Sequence record: NC_023610.1
DNA: 64,000 nt
Reading direction: 5' to 3' (one strand)
Part shown: one piece after another, positions 8,693-16,892 of the stretch
How positions within the stretch are numbered: the first letter of the stretch is position 1
Layout: every line of letters begins with the position of its first letter
Notes under the pieces: model-generated
Database searches by the model: none
What the model was told of the DNA's origin: nothing
The model's input: the letters and a program-made list of their open reading frames with translations, nothing else
Program-made: the position numbers and the translations under genes

Positions 8693-9190
8693 TTACACAA
8701 GGCTGTAGCGTTGTGGGTTAATGAGTTTGTCTTCTTCGAGCGCGAGTAGACATTCCCGGTATTGTTTATCTTGTTCGCATACCGCCGCAGTGGCAAAGTA
8801 ATCACGCAGGGACTTAATGTCATTGGTGACGACCCAGTGCGCGAACTGGAGGTTGGTCACCAACTCTAACGGTGTGATGGGTAAGTTTCTGGTTCCACCG
8901 GTGAGCGACAGGGTAACCACCATCTCCTTCCCAATTCTAACCATCTCTTGCAAGGTTTCGACCTTGCGCCCTGCACCCAATACGTAATCGTAGAAAGCGC
9001 GCCCCTGGTCAGTCTTAAGGCGTTGACCTTCGATAAGGCGGATTAAATCTGTGCGGTAGTTCGTCAATTCTTTTACGGTAAGTTCTCCGTAGCGCCCGCG
9101 GTTGATGGTCATCTCGAGTGATTCCATTGGGCGATTAGGGCGACCGCTATTCAGGTTAAGTGTTCTTAAAAAATCTGTTTGTCTTGACAT
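8693..9190 (-). CDS. Hypothetical protein
   Basis: ATG at 9190 (MSRQTDF) downstream of the motif RBS. Confidence 0.7.
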   Translation of the reverse strand: MSRQTDFLRTLNLNSGRPNRPMESLEMTINRGRYGELTVKELTNYRTDLIRLIEGQRLKTDQGRAFYDYVLGAGRKVETLQEMVRIGKEMVVTLSLTGGTRNLPITPLELVTNLQFAHWVVTNDIKSLRDYFATAAVCEQDKQYRECLLALEEDKLINPQRYSLV

Positions 9191-9197
9191 ATCGAGC

Positions 9198-9213
9198 ACT
9201 CCGTAGTTTTAAC
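9198..9213 (-). promoter_or_regulatory. GTTAAAACTACGGAG motif (copy 3), directly after a terminator-like hairpin
   Basis: Exact 15-mer; GGGGC-TTCG-GTCCCC hairpin at 9216-9236. Confidence 0.7.
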
Positions 9214-9241
9214 AAGGGGACCGAAGCCCCCTTTTTTAAGG

Positions 9242-10108
9242 TTAGAAACCGGTGAAAGACACACCGTCGATTTTACCGCCTTTCAGCACCAGCACTACAT
9301 TCGGGTTACGTGACTTGTTGGCACGTGTGTAATGCGGCACTGGGCGTTCGCCAGGAATATCAGAACGTTCACGACCACCCAAGGTGACGGCTACACGACT
9401 GGTACCGTACATCGCATCCACCGCAGAACCAATGCGGTCGAAGTCATCCAGAGACAGCGTCAGTTCGCTGATAGTCGGTGCGCTCTCTTTGGCGTTCACA
9501 CGGTTAGCCAGATTTTCGATAGCATTACCCATTTCTTTCCAGGAATGAATATTCAGGTAATGGCCAAAATCCATGGTCGCCTTCAGGTCCATTTCGTTGG
9601 TAAAGTGTTTATCTACACAACGGTCAATGGCCTTCAATATCGGTTTAATCATTGGTGCGCAGGTACGGTTTTCGATGTAATCGAGATAAGTGCCGATATC
9701 TTCCTGGCTACGGGTACGGGTGGCGATGGCGTAGTAGATAGTGGCAGTCATGAACTCGGCGAATGAACCTTTGAAGTTCACGTCCGGGTAAGTGGTCGGT
9801 AACACCAACAACTCTTCCCCTTCTGGTATCGCCTTGTCGGCTTCGATTTCCCCCATGGTATCGGCGAAGTAGGTGCGGACTTGCTGGATGACTTCCTCCT
9901 CTTCCTGGGAGAGTTCGTAGTCTGGTTCGTCACGGTGCAAGCGGACCAGGTTGCGCAGTACCTCAGCGCGCTGCTCCATGTCACCCTGAGCTTTACGACC
10001 GGATGCGGCTTTACCGATGTCAGTGGTATCACGCAGGTAGTTAGCGCTTTCTGCCAGTACGAGGGAACCAATAATCAGTGTGTTAATTTTAAATTCAGAT
10101 ACTTTCAT
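9242..10108 (-). CDS. Hypothetical protein
   Basis: 288-aa ORF; RBS within the 17-mer TTAAATAAGGGGTTGTC. Confidence 0.8.
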   Translation of the reverse strand: MKVSEFKINTLIIGSLVLAESANYLRDTTDIGKAASGRKAQGDMEQRAEVLRNLVRLHRDEPDYELSQEEEEVIQQVRTYFADTMGEIEADKAIPEGEELLVLPTTYPDVNFKGSFAEFMTATIYYAIATRTRSQEDIGTYLDYIENRTCAPMIKPILKAIDRCVDKHFTNEMDLKATMDFGHYLNIHSWKEMGNAIENLANRVNAKESAPTISELTLSLDDFDRIGSAVDAMYGTSRVAVTLGGRERSDIPGERPVPHYTRANKSRNPNVVLVLKGGKIDGVSFTGF

Positions 10109-10110
10109 GA

Positions 10111-10127
10111 GACAACCCCTTATTTAA
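10111..10127 (-). promoter_or_regulatory. 17-nt motif TTAAATAAGGGGTTGTC (copy 1 of 3)
   Basis: Identical at 10111-10127, 56403-56419 and 59018-59034, each 2-4 nt before an ATG. Confidence 0.65.
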
Positions 10128-10746
10128 GTGTCAGTTTTTTGCGGACGTTGGCTTTAAAGTGCGAGCCGCAGGCCAGCGCTTGATAGTACAGTGCGGTGAA
10201 CGGAAATATCCGTCCGATAGGTTTCTGTTCTTGCACGCTCCCTTCTTTGAAGGTAAAGCGGTAAATCACGCCACCACAACGTTCGTCGTGACGTATTGCC
10301 GTGGCCACGTATAACCACGCTGCCAATACGCATTGGCTAATGTGGGTAACACGTTCTTTTGCATCACCCAAAATGATGGTGCTTTCCGGCGGGTACTCGA
10401 TAAGCGTCCCGTCTAATGATGCGACGTAAATCGGACCATCGGTGATAATCAACTGTTCGCCCTTCATCCCTTCTTCCAGAATCAGAAAGCGAGAGGTGTC
10501 GGCGTAGCTGAGGAATCCTGTCTCCTCTTTTGCAGCCATCAGTTGATAACGATAATCCCAGGCACGGGCCATGATGTTACTCCCGACGTAAGCCCAGAGT
10601 AAGACCTTATGACCATGAAAGGTAAAGGGGCCGTGAGGGTAACGGTACTTACGCCCACTGTCTTCAGTGTGCATCTTCCCGCCATGGGCTACAACAACGC
10701 GAGAGTCAACGGCCAATTCCCCGCGTGTATAAACCAGTATGCTCAT
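10120..10746 (-). CDS. Ntn-hydrolase / proteasome-beta (HslV-like) fold protein
   Basis: N-terminal MSILVYTRGELAVDSRVV matches the T-x-x-A-Y-x-G-x-L-A-A-D-S pattern; C-terminal AIRHDERCGGVIYRF. Confidence 0.55.
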   Translation of the reverse strand: MSILVYTRGELAVDSRVVVAHGGKMHTEDSGRKYRYPHGPFTFHGHKVLLWAYVGSNIMARAWDYRYQLMAAKEETGFLSYADTSRFLILEEGMKGEQLIITDGPIYVASLDGTLIEYPPESTIILGDAKERVTHISQCVLAAWLYVATAIRHDERCGGVIYRFTFKEGSVQEQKPIGRIFPFTALYYQALACGSHFKANVRKKLTLK

Positions 10747-10943
10747 TTTATTCGGCTCTCCAATAACTGCCGCATTAACTCAGCCTCCAGCCGAGCTGTT
10801 GCCAGTGTGTGCTCTGTGAGTTCTGCGCGTCGCACCGGCGATTGAGCCATCGCCTCCGCCATGTAGTGAACGAAGGACTTGACGGTTGAATCGACCTGCT
10901 GGCGTTTGTGCTCGGAACGGATTAAAGCGTCTAAGTCCTTCAT
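10743..10943 (-). CDS. Small helical hypothetical protein
   Basis: 66 aa; RBS AAGGA; ATGA overlap. Confidence 0.7.
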   Translation of the reverse strand: MKDLDALIRSEHKRQQVDSTVKSFVHYMAEAMAQSPVRRAELTEHTLATARLEAELMRQLLESRIK

Positions 10944-10953
10944 GTTGAATTCC

Positions 10954-11121
10954 TTATTCGCCTAAGCGATAAACGTCGTCACCGCCGAAGATACGACTGA
11001 AGTCTTCTTCGAAACGGGTGCGGTCCAGGGGTACGTCATCGAACTCGCCTGGCGCTGCTTTGTCGTAATCCCCGGTACCAGGGAGTGTACGTGGTGCTGG
11101 AACAGTTTCATTTCTTGCCAT
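10954..11121 (-). CDS. Small acidic hypothetical protein (55 aa, MARNETVPAP...RIFGGDDVYRLGE), absent from the ORF track
   Basis: RBS GAGG(A); fills the gap between neighbouring genes; host-like codon usage. Confidence 0.7.
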   Translation of the reverse strand: MARNETVPAPRTLPGTGDYDKAAPGEFDDVPLDRTRFEEDFSRIFGGDDVYRLGE

Positions 11122-11140
11122 TGTCAGGTTCCTCTATGGA

Positions 11141-11170
11141 ATAAAAAAGGTGGGGGCGGCACGCCCCCTG
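11141..11170 (-). terminator. Intrinsic terminator
   Basis: GGGGGC-GTGCC-GCCCCC followed by a T-run on the minus strand. Confidence 0.65.
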
Positions 11171-11210
11171 TCGGTAATGTCCCGACCAAACGAAGAGAAC
11201 TTTTTAGTGA

Positions 11211-11534
11211 TTAGTGTACGAGGCGAGTTTCGCCGTCAACAACGCGGTGAGAGTCACGGTCAGCTTCGGTCACGGCGATGTATTCGACCGTACCGGTGAA
11301 GCCCATCTGACGCCCGTAGGTGTCCTCGTAGAACTCGGTCAATTCACGAACATCGTTCGGTAGCGGACCGTCCACCTGGAAGAACTTCAGTTCCTGGTCC
11401 ATGGTGGTGACCATCAGGTACTTCTGACCGACGCGCAGGTTCTGACGGTCGGTTGGGTGCATGTTCAACGAGAACACCTGGTTATCGTCGTTGGACAGTT
11501 CGATGCGGTTGATGTAGTTACGAATGATTTGCAT
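11211..11534 (-). CDS. Hypothetical protein
   Basis: 107 aa; RBS AGGAG; strongly biased codons. Confidence 0.75.
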   Translation of the reverse strand: MQIIRNYINRIELSNDDNQVFSLNMHPTDRQNLRVGQKYLMVTTMDQELKFFQVDGPLPNDVRELTEFYEDTYGRQMGFTGTVEYIAVTEADRDSHRVVDGETRLVH

Positions 11535-11576
11535 GATAAAACTCCTGAAAGAATAGTTAGGATTGTAGAATGGGGA

Positions 11577-11957
11577 TTAGTTAACTTTACGGTAGACTGG
11601 CATCTTGCTCAGGGTGTCGGTGTGAACCTTGAACTCTTTGTCAATCCCTTTGTTCAGTTTATAGGCCAGGTAAGCACGCAGACGCAATGCATCACCCCAT
11701 GTGAACATCCACTCGGTGTCCCGTTTAAAGAACCACGAGTTAAAGCGACCGAACTGTGATTGCATCACGTAGATACGGTCGTACATCTTACCGGATAACT
11801 CTTCTTCCAGAATCTCCAGTAACTTCGCGGCTTCTTTCGGGTTCAAGGTAAGTTCCTTGACGCCCTTCAACGCACGGGTCTTTTCAAAGTCCGCTTGCTC
11901 TTTTGCCAACGCTTTCGTTTCATCAACCAGAATCAAACTCATTAATAAATTCAACAT
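11577..11957 (-). CDS. Hypothetical protein
   Basis: 126 aa; preceded by the AAAACTACGGAG motif. Confidence 0.75.
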   Translation of the reverse strand: MLNLLMSLILVDETKALAKEQADFEKTRALKGVKELTLNPKEAAKLLEILEEELSGKMYDRIYVMQSQFGRFNSWFFKRDTEWMFTWGDALRLRAYLAYKLNKGIDKEFKVHTDTLSKMPVYRKVN

Positions 11958-11966
11958 GTTCTTAAT

Positions 11967-11981
11967 CTCCGTAGTTTTAAC
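11967..11981 (-). promoter_or_regulatory. GTTAAAACTACGGAG motif (copy 4)
   Basis: Exact 15-mer. Confidence 0.7.
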
Positions 11982-11990
11982 AGGGGGTAC

Positions 11991-12353
11991 TTAGTGAATC
12001 TGCATCATGACTTCGGTGAGGGCAGGGGACGCCTTCCCAACGATGGTGTAGGTCCGCTCGGTGTCGAGCGCCATTGCTGCCACACATTCTTCTTTCAACT
12101 TTTCCGTGACGATAATGCGGCGTTGCTCATCCGTGAAGTGAATGAGGGAATGAGTAGTGGGGTCGAAGAAGTAGCTCCCCGCCACTTTACTGAGTGTGAA
12201 TTCAAAATCACACACGCCAACAGCAATGTATTCTTTAAAGGCGTGCTGCATGGCTTCTACCAACTTGTGGTTAATGCGCACTTCCACATCGCATTCATTA
12301 TCCACGACATTCAATTTACCCTGGGTGTGAATGTAAAAATGATACTGTTGCAT
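11991..12353 (-). CDS. Hypothetical protein (MQQYHFYIH...)
   Basis: ATG at 12353 follows GTTACAACTACGGAG (copy 5, one mismatch, 12363-12377). Confidence 0.7.
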   Translation of the reverse strand: MQQYHFYIHTQGKLNVVDNECDVEVRINHKLVEAMQHAFKEYIAVGVCDFEFTLSKVAGSYFFDPTTHSLIHFTDEQRRIIVTEKLKEECVAAMALDTERTYTIVGKASPALTEVMMQIH

Positions 12354-12415
12354 GAGGTTATTCTCCGTAGTTGTAACATTGGTATCTAGGGGTTTAGTAC
12401 CCTTATTCACCGAGA

Positions 12416-12428
12416 GAATATATACTTC
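12416..12428 (-). promoter_or_regulatory. Putative phage-RNAP promoter (TATATT-core variant)
   Basis: GAAGTATATATTC resembles the TATATTAC core described for phiKZ early promoters. Confidence 0.4.
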
Positions 12429-12457
12429 AAAATCCTTTAGATAGGGAATAAAGAAAG

Positions 12458-12590
12458 AATCTCCCCTCCAGCCAAAAGACGTAAAGTCTCTTGACTAAAG
12501 GGGTGCGAGCCTAATAGCAGGAAGATGCTGAACGGGAGACTTTACAACCGTTCTCATCCACTCGCATAAAGAGTGGACCGGCTGTAAAAA
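12458..12590. ncRNA. Candidate structured non-coding RNA / cis-regulatory RNA
   Basis: Several perfect complementarities in ~130 nt: GTAAAGTCTC/GAGACTTTAC, TCCACTC/GAGTGGA, CAGCC/GGCTG, CCCCT/AGGGG, GAACGG/CCGTTC, TGCGAG/CTCGCA. Confidence 0.4.
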
Positions 12591-12596
12591 ATGAGT

Positions 12597-13664
12597 TTAA
12601 GCAATGGCGGCGTAAGGGTACATCTGCTTCGCCAGGGATTTCAGACTGGTGGTCGCAGTGAAATGACCGGAGACAGTGAGCATCCGATTGTACAACGTAT
12701 CGGTAATCATCAGCTTCTTCACGTCGTTTGACGCGCCATTGAACACAGAGAGGTTGCGGGGATTGGTGGCTTTGAAAGACAGGCGGTCCCAGTTCGCATT
12801 GAAGCGGGTGAGAATCGCCACCAGTTCGTTCTTGTAGTTGCTGTAGTCAGCGGCCAGTGCCCCTACCGGTAAACGGTAGTAGCTGATGATGTCGGTCACA
12901 GCCGTCGGGTAACGTTGCAGAACGAAGTCGACTCCGAGGTGGTCGAGCATACTGTTGAGGATGGTGACGTCGCCGTTCTGTACTGCGAAATCGAACTGGT
13001 CGATTAACGCCGTTTTCATTACCACGTCATTCGGGTTGGTGCTCATCACCCGGTCAATGATGTTGGTCATCCCCAGCCGCGCGGCATTGGTCAGGATACT
13101 GACACGCATCGCGTAATCCGAGGCACTGTCTTTGATGCGCCCGAATTCTTCGCCTGGCAAATCCAGCAAACGGTTACTGGTTTCAATCAGGTTGTTGATT
13201 TCGGGGACAGTGGCACCCAAGGCAACCTTGAGAAAACTGTTTCCGTTCTGCACCTGGTCGAAGGGAAGTTTGTTCAGGTTATTCAGCTGACCCTGTATCT
13301 GACTTTGCAGGTCGCTGGACATCCCTTTGACGGTCCCGATGGTCCCATCCAGTGCCGAGTTCAACTGGGTGGTCAGGGCGGTGACGTCTTCCCGTACTTC
13401 TTTCGCCGTAGCCAATGCATCGTTCAGGGAACCGAGGTCCCCAATCTTCGTGTTGAAGAGGAAGTTCTTGGCGGCGGCTATCTTGTTCTGGATGGTGTTC
13501 GACATCCCGGTGAGGGTGTCTTTCGCTGTCTTCCCGTAACCATCGACGGTCATTAACGCGTCTTTGGCTTTGGTGGTCATCAGCGTACTGCCTGCCTGCA
13601 CCGACTTCGTGGCACTGCTGGCTGCCGTTTTGGCGTCGCTCAATTTGCTGGTAATGTCTACCAT
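12597..13664 (-). CDS. Putative virion structural protein
   Basis: 355 aa; Ala/Thr/Ser-rich helical N-terminus; RBS GAGG; resembles conserved phiKZ-like virion proteins. Confidence 0.55.
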   Translation of the reverse strand: MVDITSKLSDAKTAASSATKSVQAGSTLMTTKAKDALMTVDGYGKTAKDTLTGMSNTIQNKIAAAKNFLFNTKIGDLGSLNDALATAKEVREDVTALTTQLNSALDGTIGTVKGMSSDLQSQIQGQLNNLNKLPFDQVQNGNSFLKVALGATVPEINNLIETSNRLLDLPGEEFGRIKDSASDYAMRVSILTNAARLGMTNIIDRVMSTNPNDVVMKTALIDQFDFAVQNGDVTILNSMLDHLGVDFVLQRYPTAVTDIISYYRLPVGALAADYSNYKNELVAILTRFNANWDRLSFKATNPRNLSVFNGASNDVKKLMITDTLYNRMLTVSGHFTATTSLKSLAKQMYPYAAIA

Positions 13665-13682
13665 GGTAGCGTCCTCGATGAG

Positions 13683-13712
13683 ACAAAAAAAGAACCGGGG
13701 TTTCCCCCGGTC
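13683..13712 (-). terminator. Intrinsic terminator
   Basis: GACCGGGGG-AAA-CCCCGGTTC followed by a T-run. Confidence 0.75.
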
Positions 13713-13717
13713 GTAAA

Positions 13718-14509
13718 CTATTCTTCTCCTTCTACCGCCACCAGTGCGTTACCGGCTACCTGAATGTGGTGAGAAGTCGAGCGGCCGCCAGAGTATTCCA
13801 GGCGCACCTTAAAATAGATTTGTTTTGGGTTCAGTACTTTGAGCCCTTTAGTGAACACTTTGATAGACATGTCCGGGTTACTCAACCCACGGGTTAAGTT
13901 ACTGCGCTCCGAACTCCGCTTACCACCGTTCACGACTGAAGACTTCACCCCACTGTCCGCTACCGTTGTTTCGACGAAACCGTTCAGTGGGTTATTGAGA
14001 TACGCCGACATCAGCTTACGCCATTGCTCGTCATTAATCTCCAAGGTGTTCTTAATGTTACGGAACATGGTCGCCAGGAAGTTTTGGCGGTCCGGGTATT
14101 TCTCGTTATGGAAAGGTAGGTACAGCATTTCTTCGTCAATGTTGACGCTGGTCGATACGGTTACCTCGTTGTCGAATTCCAGGTCCATCTTCAGTGTCAC
14201 CTTGAGCGGTGCCAATAAGCGTAGACCTTTCATGAAGTTTTTGAACGTCAGTCCCGGGTTGGTTAACCCACGGTTAAGGTTGCTGCGTTCCGAAGAACGT
14301 CCACGACTGGTTTGCAGCACCTCGTTCCGGGGGTCTTTCAAATACTGATTCATCAGCATTGACCACCGATGGGAGGAGATGTTCAGGTCACCTTTTATCT
14401 GGCGGAACATCAAAGCCAAGATGTTCATGCCACTAATGTTCTCCTCTTCTGGCTCGTTGAGTAGAGCGCCGAGTGCGAAGCGAAGTGGTAGACTACTCCT
14501 CATGTGCAT
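13718..14509 (-). CDS. Conserved jumbo-phage protein with an internally duplicated domain
   Basis: Two ~120-aa repeats, each containing RSSERSNL.RGL.NP......F.KGL..L.P. Confidence 0.75.
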   Translation of the reverse strand: MHMRSSLPLRFALGALLNEPEEENISGMNILALMFRQIKGDLNISSHRWSMLMNQYLKDPRNEVLQTSRGRSSERSNLNRGLTNPGLTFKNFMKGLRLLAPLKVTLKMDLEFDNEVTVSTSVNIDEEMLYLPFHNEKYPDRQNFLATMFRNIKNTLEINDEQWRKLMSAYLNNPLNGFVETTVADSGVKSSVVNGGKRSSERSNLTRGLSNPDMSIKVFTKGLKVLNPKQIYFKVRLEYSGGRSTSHHIQVAGNALVAVEGEE

Positions 14510-14516
14510 ACCTTAT

Positions 14517-15038
14517 TTACGTAGAGTGAGCCCTCCGCAGAATACTCTCGCAGAAGGTCATAATGTCACAATACACGTAATACATCTCACCGATACGGTA
14601 ATTGTACACGTGCTCCGCCTCAGTCTCCCGGGAGAGGTCCATCGCTTCCACATTGTCCTTGATAAGTTCCTCAAGTTCCAGTAAGAAGGAGATGGCTTCC
14701 AGGTGGCTCCCTTGTTTATCGCTCAGCCAAAAGCGTAGGGAACTCGAATTGATTTCTGGCGGGTAGTGAGTGCGCGGCGGTTCTTCCGTGCGGGCGAAAT
14801 ACAACGTGCCTTTTTCTAAACGCTCGGCCACGTCGTGTGCCTGGTAATAGAAGTCGCCTTGAATCGGGAGCAGTAGTAGCAACTCTTCCTCAGAGAGACG
14901 GAGTGCTCTTAACCCTTTCCATAGGATAAGCATGGTTTCCGGACTGACCTCTATCTCCCCGTCGATACCACCCAGTAGGGCGTACGCCTTGTTCAACTGA
15001 CGGGATTGAAAGTAACGCCGTAACATTTTTGCTAACAT
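14517..15038 (-). CDS. Hypothetical protein
   Basis: 173-aa ORF; RBS AGGAG. Confidence 0.75.
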   Translation of the reverse strand: MLAKMLRRYFQSRQLNKAYALLGGIDGEIEVSPETMLILWKGLRALRLSEEELLLLLPIQGDFYYQAHDVAERLEKGTLYFARTEEPPRTHYPPEINSSSLRFWLSDKQGSHLEAISFLLELEELIKDNVEAMDLSRETEAEHVYNYRIGEMYYVYCDIMTFCESILRRAHST

Positions 15039-15079
15039 TCTGTGTAACTCCTGTGATACAAGTAGCTGAAGTCAATTCT

Positions 15080-15092
15080 ATAATATAGACCT
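15080..15092 (-). promoter_or_regulatory. Putative promoter GGTCTATATTAT
   Basis: Matches the TCTATATTAC motif also seen at 28220 and 27363. Confidence 0.5.
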
Positions 15093-15117
15093 GTTCCGTT
15101 TTTAGGAGGACCTAGCC

Positions 15118-15666
15118 GTGAGCGCTATTGAGTTTGTTGAACCCGAAGACTTGGCGAAGAAGGCTGGGGCTTTACCGCAAGTCGTTGACCAGAATGAACT
15201 ACCGGAGACTGAACCGGCCGGACAGTCCGAAGAAGACCGTGTGGATGACGACCGCCTTGAGTTTACCCAGAATGTCCGTGAGCAAATTGTTACCGGACTG
15301 ATGCCAACAGGGAAAGCCCCGACCGACCTGAAAGAGATTGACCGTTTGCTGGCCACCCTTGATGGCATTGACCGTGCTGTCCACACCAAACGTCGTACTA
15401 AGCAGGCGGATAAGCAAGTCCAGAATGACACCATGATTGCGAAGATTCTGGAGAAAGCCCAGCTGGAATTGGAACGTAAGCAGTTGACGGGTTCCAACTC
15501 CGCACCGACCCGTGCGGCCAATGCACTTGACCCAAGCTTCCTGTCCCAACCGGTAACGCTGGAAGGGGAGTTCAAAGAACAGGTGGAACAAGAAACCTCC
15601 GCCGACTTCTTCGAACGTATGGAGAACGACCACCCCGAATTGCGTCGCGGGGAGAAAGAAGAATAG
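15118..15666 (+). CDS. Acidic hypothetical protein
   Basis: GTG start with strong RBS AGGAGG; 182 aa. Confidence 0.8.
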   Translation: MSAIEFVEPEDLAKKAGALPQVVDQNELPETEPAGQSEEDRVDDDRLEFTQNVREQIVTGLMPTGKAPTDLKEIDRLLATLDGIDRAVHTKRRTKQADKQVQNDTMIAKILEKAQLELERKQLTGSNSAPTRAANALDPSFLSQPVTLEGEFKEQVEQETSADFFERMENDHPELRRGEKEE

Positions 15667-15702
15667 AAGGCCCAGAGGAGCTTCGGCTCCTCTGGGTTCT
15701 AT
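15666..15702. terminator. Bidirectional terminator
   Basis: CCCAGAGGAGC-TTCG-GCTCCTCTGGG between convergent genes. Confidence 0.8.
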
Positions 15703-15705
15703 GCC

Positions 15706-16416
15706 CTACCGGTTGGGGGCACACCAGTAATCCACTTTTTCAAAGCGCAGGTTCATCGCCGGAGCCATGAACTGTTCCGCCAATTCCAGAATCCCCATTT
15801 CCTTAATCATCGGCTCAAAGACTTTGGTGTCTTCGGGCGATGGCAGGTCTTTCAGCAGGGCCGCAGCCACCACTGTCACGGCCAGCAGGTTTCCAGGTTC
15901 GTCGGTGTCCTTGTGCGTCTCCATCCAATCGGTGAAGTCGTACAGGATAAAGTGGGTGCAGTGTTCGGCCAGGTACTTCGGGGACAGCCGTTTCTTGGCC
16001 ACACGGACAAAGCGGATTTTGGTTTCCGGTCCCAGCAGCTGTTTCATCACCGCAATCTGTTCGTTCTGCACGGGTTTGCTCAGGCGATAGGGCCATTCGT
16101 TTACCAGCACTTCGAAGTTAGCAGTTTGCGCATCCTGCCACGGGGCACTGTTCGATTCCCGTTTCAGGTCGACCAGCAGGTTGTACATCTTACTGCGCGA
16201 TGCCCGCATCAATACCAGGTCAGGACGTTTACGGAACCGCTCTTTCCATTGTTCTTCGGTCATCCCCGCATGTTCGTACACCATGTGGTCCGATGTCCGC
16301 TTTCCGTATCCGGCTTGCACGCAGGTGATTGCCCGGTGTACCGACAGACTGGCCAGAAATGACAACCGGGTGTCGTACAGGTCGTCCATACTGACGAGGA
16401 CTTTAATCGGTTCCAT
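15706..16416 (-). CDS. Conserved hypothetical protein, possibly HAD-like (MEPIKVLVSMDDLYDTR)
   Basis: RBS GGAG before the ATG at 16416; the longer start in the ORF track overlaps the upstream gene. Confidence 0.7.
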   Translation of the reverse strand: MEPIKVLVSMDDLYDTRLSFLASLSVHRAITCVQAGYGKRTSDHMVYEHAGMTEEQWKERFRKRPDLVLMRASRSKMYNLLVDLKRESNSAPWQDAQTANFEVLVNEWPYRLSKPVQNEQIAVMKQLLGPETKIRFVRVAKKRLSPKYLAEHCTHFILYDFTDWMETHKDTDEPGNLLAVTVVAAALLKDLPSPEDTKVFEPMIKEMGILELAEQFMAPAMNLRFEKVDYWCAPNR

Positions 16417-16891
16417 TGTGCGTTGACTCCGGCAGTTCCGCCCAGGATAGTACCAACAGTGGCAGCAGCCAACGGTTCGCCCGCAGACGGTTTGCGATGT
16501 CCTGGTCAGTGACCTTGAACCGTGCGTCGTCTGTAGGGCCCACAGCGAACTCCTGGACCTTCTGGCTGGCATCGTACACCACCACCGGCGCAATGCCGTA
16601 AGAGAGGTGCTCAATGACTTCCTCGGTACCTTTACGACCGAACGGGGTTAGGACCACCATCTGGAGGTCATAGACGAAGTTCTGGTAGACCAGGTTACCG
16701 TGCACCTGTTCTGCCAACTGAACCAGTGAAGATTCAGTCACCAGATTCATGTACTGACTACCTGCATAGAAGCTGGAGAGGAATTCCCGCAGCTTCTGGT
16801 CTTCGGCTTTCGGCGAATCTTGCAGGTAATCAATGACGGCCCCAGCAGACGTGGACACAAACTGTTCAAAGGTTGAGATTTCTTTTTCCAT
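16403..16891 (-). CDS. Conserved hypothetical protein (MEKEIST...)
   Basis: ATG directly after the RNAP gene stop at 16893. Confidence 0.7.
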   Translation of the reverse strand: MEKEISTFEQFVSTSAGAVIDYLQDSPKAEDQKLREFLSSFYAGSQYMNLVTESSLVQLAEQVHGNLVYQNFVYDLQMVVLTPFGRKGTEEVIEHLSYGIAPVVVYDASQKVQEFAVGPTDDARFKVTDQDIANRLRANRWLLPLLVLSWAELPESTHNGTD

Positions 16892-16892
16892 C

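Noticed and set aside
12520-12590. Resemblance of the minus-strand AGCCGG...GATGAG...AAAGTCTC to group II intron domain V, and of TCCACTCGC to an HDV-like L3 loop
   Set aside because: Spacing and pairing do not reproduce either canonical fold, there is no intron ORF or split gene nearby, and the element is kept only as a generic structured-RNA candidate.
16417-16614. Long N-terminal extensions in the ORF track (e.g. 15706..16614, 16403..16990, 43391..44221, 50476..52791)
   Set aside because: They overlap upstream genes or terminators; RBS-supported internal starts fit better.
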